A stretch of 64,000 bases of DNA. It comes from Desulfurococcaceae archaeon (GTDB lineage: Archaea > Thermoproteota > Thermoprotei_A > Sulfolobales > Desulfurococcaceae). Position numbers and translations under genes: made by a program. Numbering within the stretch: the first letter of the stretch is position 1; each line of letters starts with the position of its first letter. The stretch covers positions 1 to 64,000 of the forward strand of contig JAWBBW010000007.1 of NCBI GenBank assembly GCA_038824035.1, read 5' to 3'. A model generated the notes under the pieces. That model was not told the origin of the DNA. It did no database searches and saw only the letters and a list, made by a program, of their open reading frames with translations. This document shows, piece by piece, positions 60,515-64,000 of the stretch.

Positions 60515-61732
60515 ATGCCCGACAAAGCATACATCGTTGAGACAGTGCTAGGCATCCTTGCACTAGATGAGAACAATAACTTAATATATGTAGCTACGGC
60601 GCCCTTTAACATAGAAGAAAACGTAGAGTACTTGTTAAACATAGAGAAAGGTGAATTAACCCCTCAACACATGGATATTTTCAATAAGCTTAAAGAACTC
60701 GGAATCTCAAATGTAATAGTAGAGACCTTGTCCACCGCTAAAATAGCCTCTTCATACGGATTCACACCAAATATAATGCCGGGAAACACCATCGCAATAA
60801 CTACGAGAACCAGGCTATCCGAATACGCCGTCAGAATAGGTTTTGCGAATACTCAGGATGAATTCTTCGAGAAAATGCATAGCATAATGTTGGAATATAC
60901 TCGTAGAAAACTAAGACGTGAAGCGCAGAAGAGAGATCTATTAGCAGTCCAAGCCATAAGAGCCATAGATGACATAGACAAGACCATAAACCTTTACATA
61001 GCTAGGCTGAGAGAGTGGTATAGTATTCATTTTCCTGAACTCGATGAAATAGTTAAAGATCACGCGTTATACGCCAAACTAGTTTATGAATTAGGGGATA
61101 GATCTAATTATACAGATGAAATGTTAACGAGGCTAGAAGTCCCGGATAGTGTTATTGACAAGATAGTAGAAGCTGCCAAAAACAGTATTGGCGCCGAACT
61201 GAGCGATATGGATATTAACCATATAAAAGTACTCGCAGGAATCATATTGGAACTATATAACTTACGTGACACTTTAGAAGGGTATATAGACTCTGTGATG
61301 AAAGAGGTTGCACCAAATGTGACAGCCCTTGTTGGTCCTAAGTTGGGTGCTAGGTTGTTAAGCCTGGCAGGTGGTTTGGAAAAACTAGCCAAATTACCGG
61401 CCAGCACAATTCAGGTCTTAGGTGCCGAGAAGGCTCTATTCAGGGCGTTGAGAACAGGGGGCAAACCACCTAAACACGGAGTTATATTCCAACATCCAGC
61501 TATACATAAGAGCCCTAAATGGCAAAGAGGTAAAATAGCGAGAGCCCTTGCTGCCAAATTAGCTATAGCTGCTAAGATCGATTATTTCACAGGTAGATTC
61601 ACCGGTGATAAATTAGTAAAAGAATTTGAGGCACGTGTTGATGAGATCAAAAAATTATATCCGAAACCACCACCACGTGTCGAACGAGCTCCACCTAGAG
61701 AGAGGAAAAAGAAAAGAGGGGAAAGAAAATAG
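60515..61732 (+). CDS. nop5: Box C/D RNP protein Nop5
   Basis: REWYSIHFPEL, APN-x-LVG, PASTIQVLGAEKALF, PPKHG. Confidence 0.96.
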   Translation: MPDKAYIVETVLGILALDENNNLIYVATAPFNIEENVEYLLNIEKGELTPQHMDIFNKLKELGISNVIVETLSTAKIASSYGFTPNIMPGNTIAITTRTRLSEYAVRIGFANTQDEFFEKMHSIMLEYTRRKLRREAQKRDLLAVQAIRAIDDIDKTINLYIARLREWYSIHFPELDEIVKDHALYAKLVYELGDRSNYTDEMLTRLEVPDSVIDKIVEAAKNSIGAELSDMDINHIKVLAGIILELYNLRDTLEGYIDSVMKEVAPNVTALVGPKLGARLLSLAGGLEKLAKLPASTIQVLGAEKALFRALRTGGKPPKHGVIFQHPAIHKSPKWQRGKIARALAAKLAIAAKIDYFTGRFTGDKLVKEFEARVDEIKKLYPKPPPRVERAPPRERKKKRGERK

Positions 61733-61741
61733 TGAAAAACG

Positions 61742-62458
61742 GTGAAGGAAATGAGCCAGGTTATCTCGATAAAACCACATGAAAAGTATTATGGAGTCTA
61801 TATAGTTGAATTAGAAGACGGCAGTGTAAGGTTTTCAACCAAGAACCTAACCCCTGGACACAGGGTTTATGGCGAAAGGCTTTTTAAATACGAGAACGTA
61901 GAGTATCGTGAATGGAATGCGTACAGAAGTAAATTAGCTGGAGCGTTAGCTAATGGCTTATCAGACCAGCCAATCAGAGAAGGAGATAGGGTACTTTATC
62001 TAGGCGTTGCATCGGGAACTACAGCTAGCCACATTTCCGATATCGTTGGCCTAAAAGGTAGGATCTACGGCGTAGACGTAGCTCCAAGAGTTATGAGAGA
62101 ATTCATATCTGTGGCTGAGATTAGAAAGAACTTATATCCGATATTGGGGGATGCGCGCAAACCATACGAATACCGACATGTCGTGGAAACTGTGGATGGG
62201 ATATATGCAGATATAGCTCAGCCAGAACAAGCCGCAATAGTTGTGGACAACGCTATGTACTTCCTGAGAGAAGGCGGTTACTTACTACTAGCTATTAAAG
62301 CCAGAAGCATTGATGTTACAAAAGAGCCCAGCGAGATCTATAGAAAAGAGATCAATACTCTTAATGAGAATGGATTCGAGATCATAGATGTGGTGCATTT
62401 AGAGCCATTCGACAAGGATCACGCCATGATCTATGCAAGGCTTAGAGCTCGTAGATAA
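61742..62458 (+). CDS. flpA: Fibrillarin-like 2'-O-methyltransferase
   Basis: VYGE, YREWN-x-RSKL, VLYLG-x-ASGTT-x-SH, KARSID. Confidence 0.97.
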   Translation: MKEMSQVISIKPHEKYYGVYIVELEDGSVRFSTKNLTPGHRVYGERLFKYENVEYREWNAYRSKLAGALANGLSDQPIREGDRVLYLGVASGTTASHISDIVGLKGRIYGVDVAPRVMREFISVAEIRKNLYPILGDARKPYEYRHVVETVDGIYADIAQPEQAAIVVDNAMYFLREGGYLLLAIKARSIDVTKEPSEIYRKEINTLNENGFEIIDVVHLEPFDKDHAMIYARLRARR

Positions 62459-62563
62459 TCAGCACGAGTTTAAAATGCCTTTTCACTCAATTTATTAAAT
62501 GCCTTTGCTATTTTTATTAATCCAAATAATAATATAAATAAAAATGTTACAAAAATAGTTTGA

Positions 62564-63487
62564 ATGACGGGGGCCCCAGTGGGCAGTGATATTAGTGAGA
62601 CAGCTGAATATATTGTCAATATCATGAGAAATGCCGGCTACGTAGCGGATACCATATCATATCCTTCTAAGAATAGAAGTATTGACATAGTTGCATATAG
62701 TAATAGTAAAAGGGTTTTCCTAAAAACAATAAACAACGCCGAGGAATTATCCGGTGCAGAGATCAGGGATCTAAAGAAGATAGATGCAATATATACTGCC
62801 AAGGTAGTGATCGTGGCCAATATGGATAATAAAAAGAAACTAGAAGATGACGTGGTTTATTGTAAAAGTGGAATTAATATGGTCACTCCACAGACACTTG
62901 AAAACTATGTACTAAAAGGTGAAAAACCATTTATAGCTAACATTAGGGGTAATTATGTGCTGAAAATAGATCCGAGGAAATTCCAGGAAAAAAGACGGGA
63001 ACTAAACCTTACTCGTGGGGAAATAGCAAGTATACTTGGTTTATCGAGAAAATCTATATATCTATACGAACACGGCGAGATGATGGTCTCCTTGAACAGG
63101 GCACTTAAATTAGCCGAATTACTAGGCGAAGACATGTTCTGCGAGTTCGATATATTTTCGGAAAATGTAGGAGAAGAACACAGATATTCAAGCATCGAGA
63201 GTACCATGGACATTCCAGAGGATAATATTGAGCAATTCCTATGGAACATAGCTAGGAGATTTAACTACATGTTTGTGAAATTATTGAGAACACCCATGGA
63301 TATTGTAATTAAAGGCAACAAGTCCCTTGTGATCGTTAAAGAGGGTCGAAACATGGAGAAAATAGAAAACGCCGAAAAAATCGCCAAAGCTATGTCATCG
63401 AGACTTATATCAATTAGTTCTTTGAAAGACCTCGAGAAAATTAAGAACATTATCATATCAGAACTAAGCGCAGATGATAAAAAATGA
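62564..63487 (+). CDS. Cro/C1-type HTH transcriptional regulator (archaeal COG1395-like)
   Basis: SIDIVA...FLK N-terminal domain and central LTRGEIA-x-LG-x-SRKSIY-x-YE HTH. Confidence 0.82.
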   Translation: MTGAPVGSDISETAEYIVNIMRNAGYVADTISYPSKNRSIDIVAYSNSKRVFLKTINNAEELSGAEIRDLKKIDAIYTAKVVIVANMDNKKKLEDDVVYCKSGINMVTPQTLENYVLKGEKPFIANIRGNYVLKIDPRKFQEKRRELNLTRGEIASILGLSRKSIYLYEHGEMMVSLNRALKLAELLGEDMFCEFDIFSENVGEEHRYSSIESTMDIPEDNIEQFLWNIARRFNYMFVKLLRTPMDIVIKGNKSLVIVKEGRNMEKIENAEKIAKAMSSRLISISSLKDLEKIKNIIISELSADDKK

Positions 63488-64000
63488 TATTCATAATAAC
63501 GGGAAAACCTGGGGTAGGTAAATCAACTCTTTTCAACGATGTCGTAGAAATGCTCATTAAAAACAACTATGTGGTTGGAGGCGTAAAGACACCTGAAGTA
63601 AGGGATAAAGGTATTAGAATAGGATTCAAGATCATAGATATAATGACCGGTGAAGAGGCTTGGCTTGCTAAGAAAGGTATACCAGGCAATGTTAGGATCG
63701 GCTCGTATACTATAATGGTTGATCAAGCGTCTTCGCTAGTTGAGAGAGCATTAAAGAGGGCTATTGAAAGTGCCATGGTAATAGGGGTGGATGAAGTAGG
63801 CCCCATGGAACTTAAGTTACCTGTTTTCAAGCCAATGTTGATCAGAGCTATTGAAAGCGGTAAACCGATAATACTAGTTATCCACTACAATCTGAGCGAT
63901 ATCGATATACTTAAAAGAATTGAGAAGACATTAAAGAGAGTTACACTAACCATCGAGAACAGAGAAGAATTGAGAAAAAGGTTTCCAAAAGAAGTATTAG
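63484..64000 (+). CDS. Nucleoside triphosphatase (THEP1-type), 3'-partial
   Basis: Absent from the ORF track. MIFIITGKPGVGKST, GFKIID, DEVGPMEL; frame open to the window end. Confidence 0.9.
   Translation, partial: MIFIITGKPGVGKSTLFNDVVEMLIKNNYVVGGVKTPEVRDKGIRIGFKIIDIMTGEEAWLAKKGIPGNVRIGSYTIMVDQASSLVERALKRAIESAMVIGVDEVGPMELKLPVFKPMLIRAIESGKPIILVIHYNLSDIDILKRIEKTLKRVTLTIENREELRKRFPKEVL

Noticed and set aside
1118-63726. Many opposite-strand ORFs in the track (e.g. 1118-1663, 37224-37868, 51014-51751, 56779-57717, 63523-63726)
   Set aside because: Antisense shadows of well-supported genes, with Ser/Ile/Phe-rich composition and no motifs.
1-64000. CRISPR array, rRNA genes, IS elements, defence systems
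   Set aside because: No regularly spaced repeats, long GC-rich RNA blocks, transposase motifs or recognisable defence genes were seen by eye.

Overview
AT-rich archaeal chromosome segment, very probably a hyperthermophilic crenarchaeon of the Desulfurococcaceae type (two TFBs, TFE-beta, CdvA, Gar1, Nop5/fibrillarin, GatDE, thermosome, intron-containing tRNAs, GGTGA Shine-Dalgarno sites). Most of the window is housekeeping. Three things stand out. (1) At 1-646 lies the right junction of an integrated element: an SSV-type tyrosine integrase C-terminal fragment that starts inside a duplicated 3' half of tRNA-Leu(TAG). (2) At 2712-7780 a five-gene cluster encodes a catalytic-only MetE-like enzyme, a stand-alone corrinoid protein, a RACo-type activator, an MtrH-like methyltransferase and a MetF-like reductase. 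Together these look like a modular cobamide-dependent methionine synthase route built from non-MetH parts. This is the best candidate for an undescribed system. (3) About ten box C/D and H/ACA guide-RNA candidates sit in intergenic gaps. They include a triple array directly behind gatE, one of whose guides pairs with the tRNA-Gln in this window. No CRISPR array or rRNA gene was seen. Family names come from motif recognition and memory, not from database searches.
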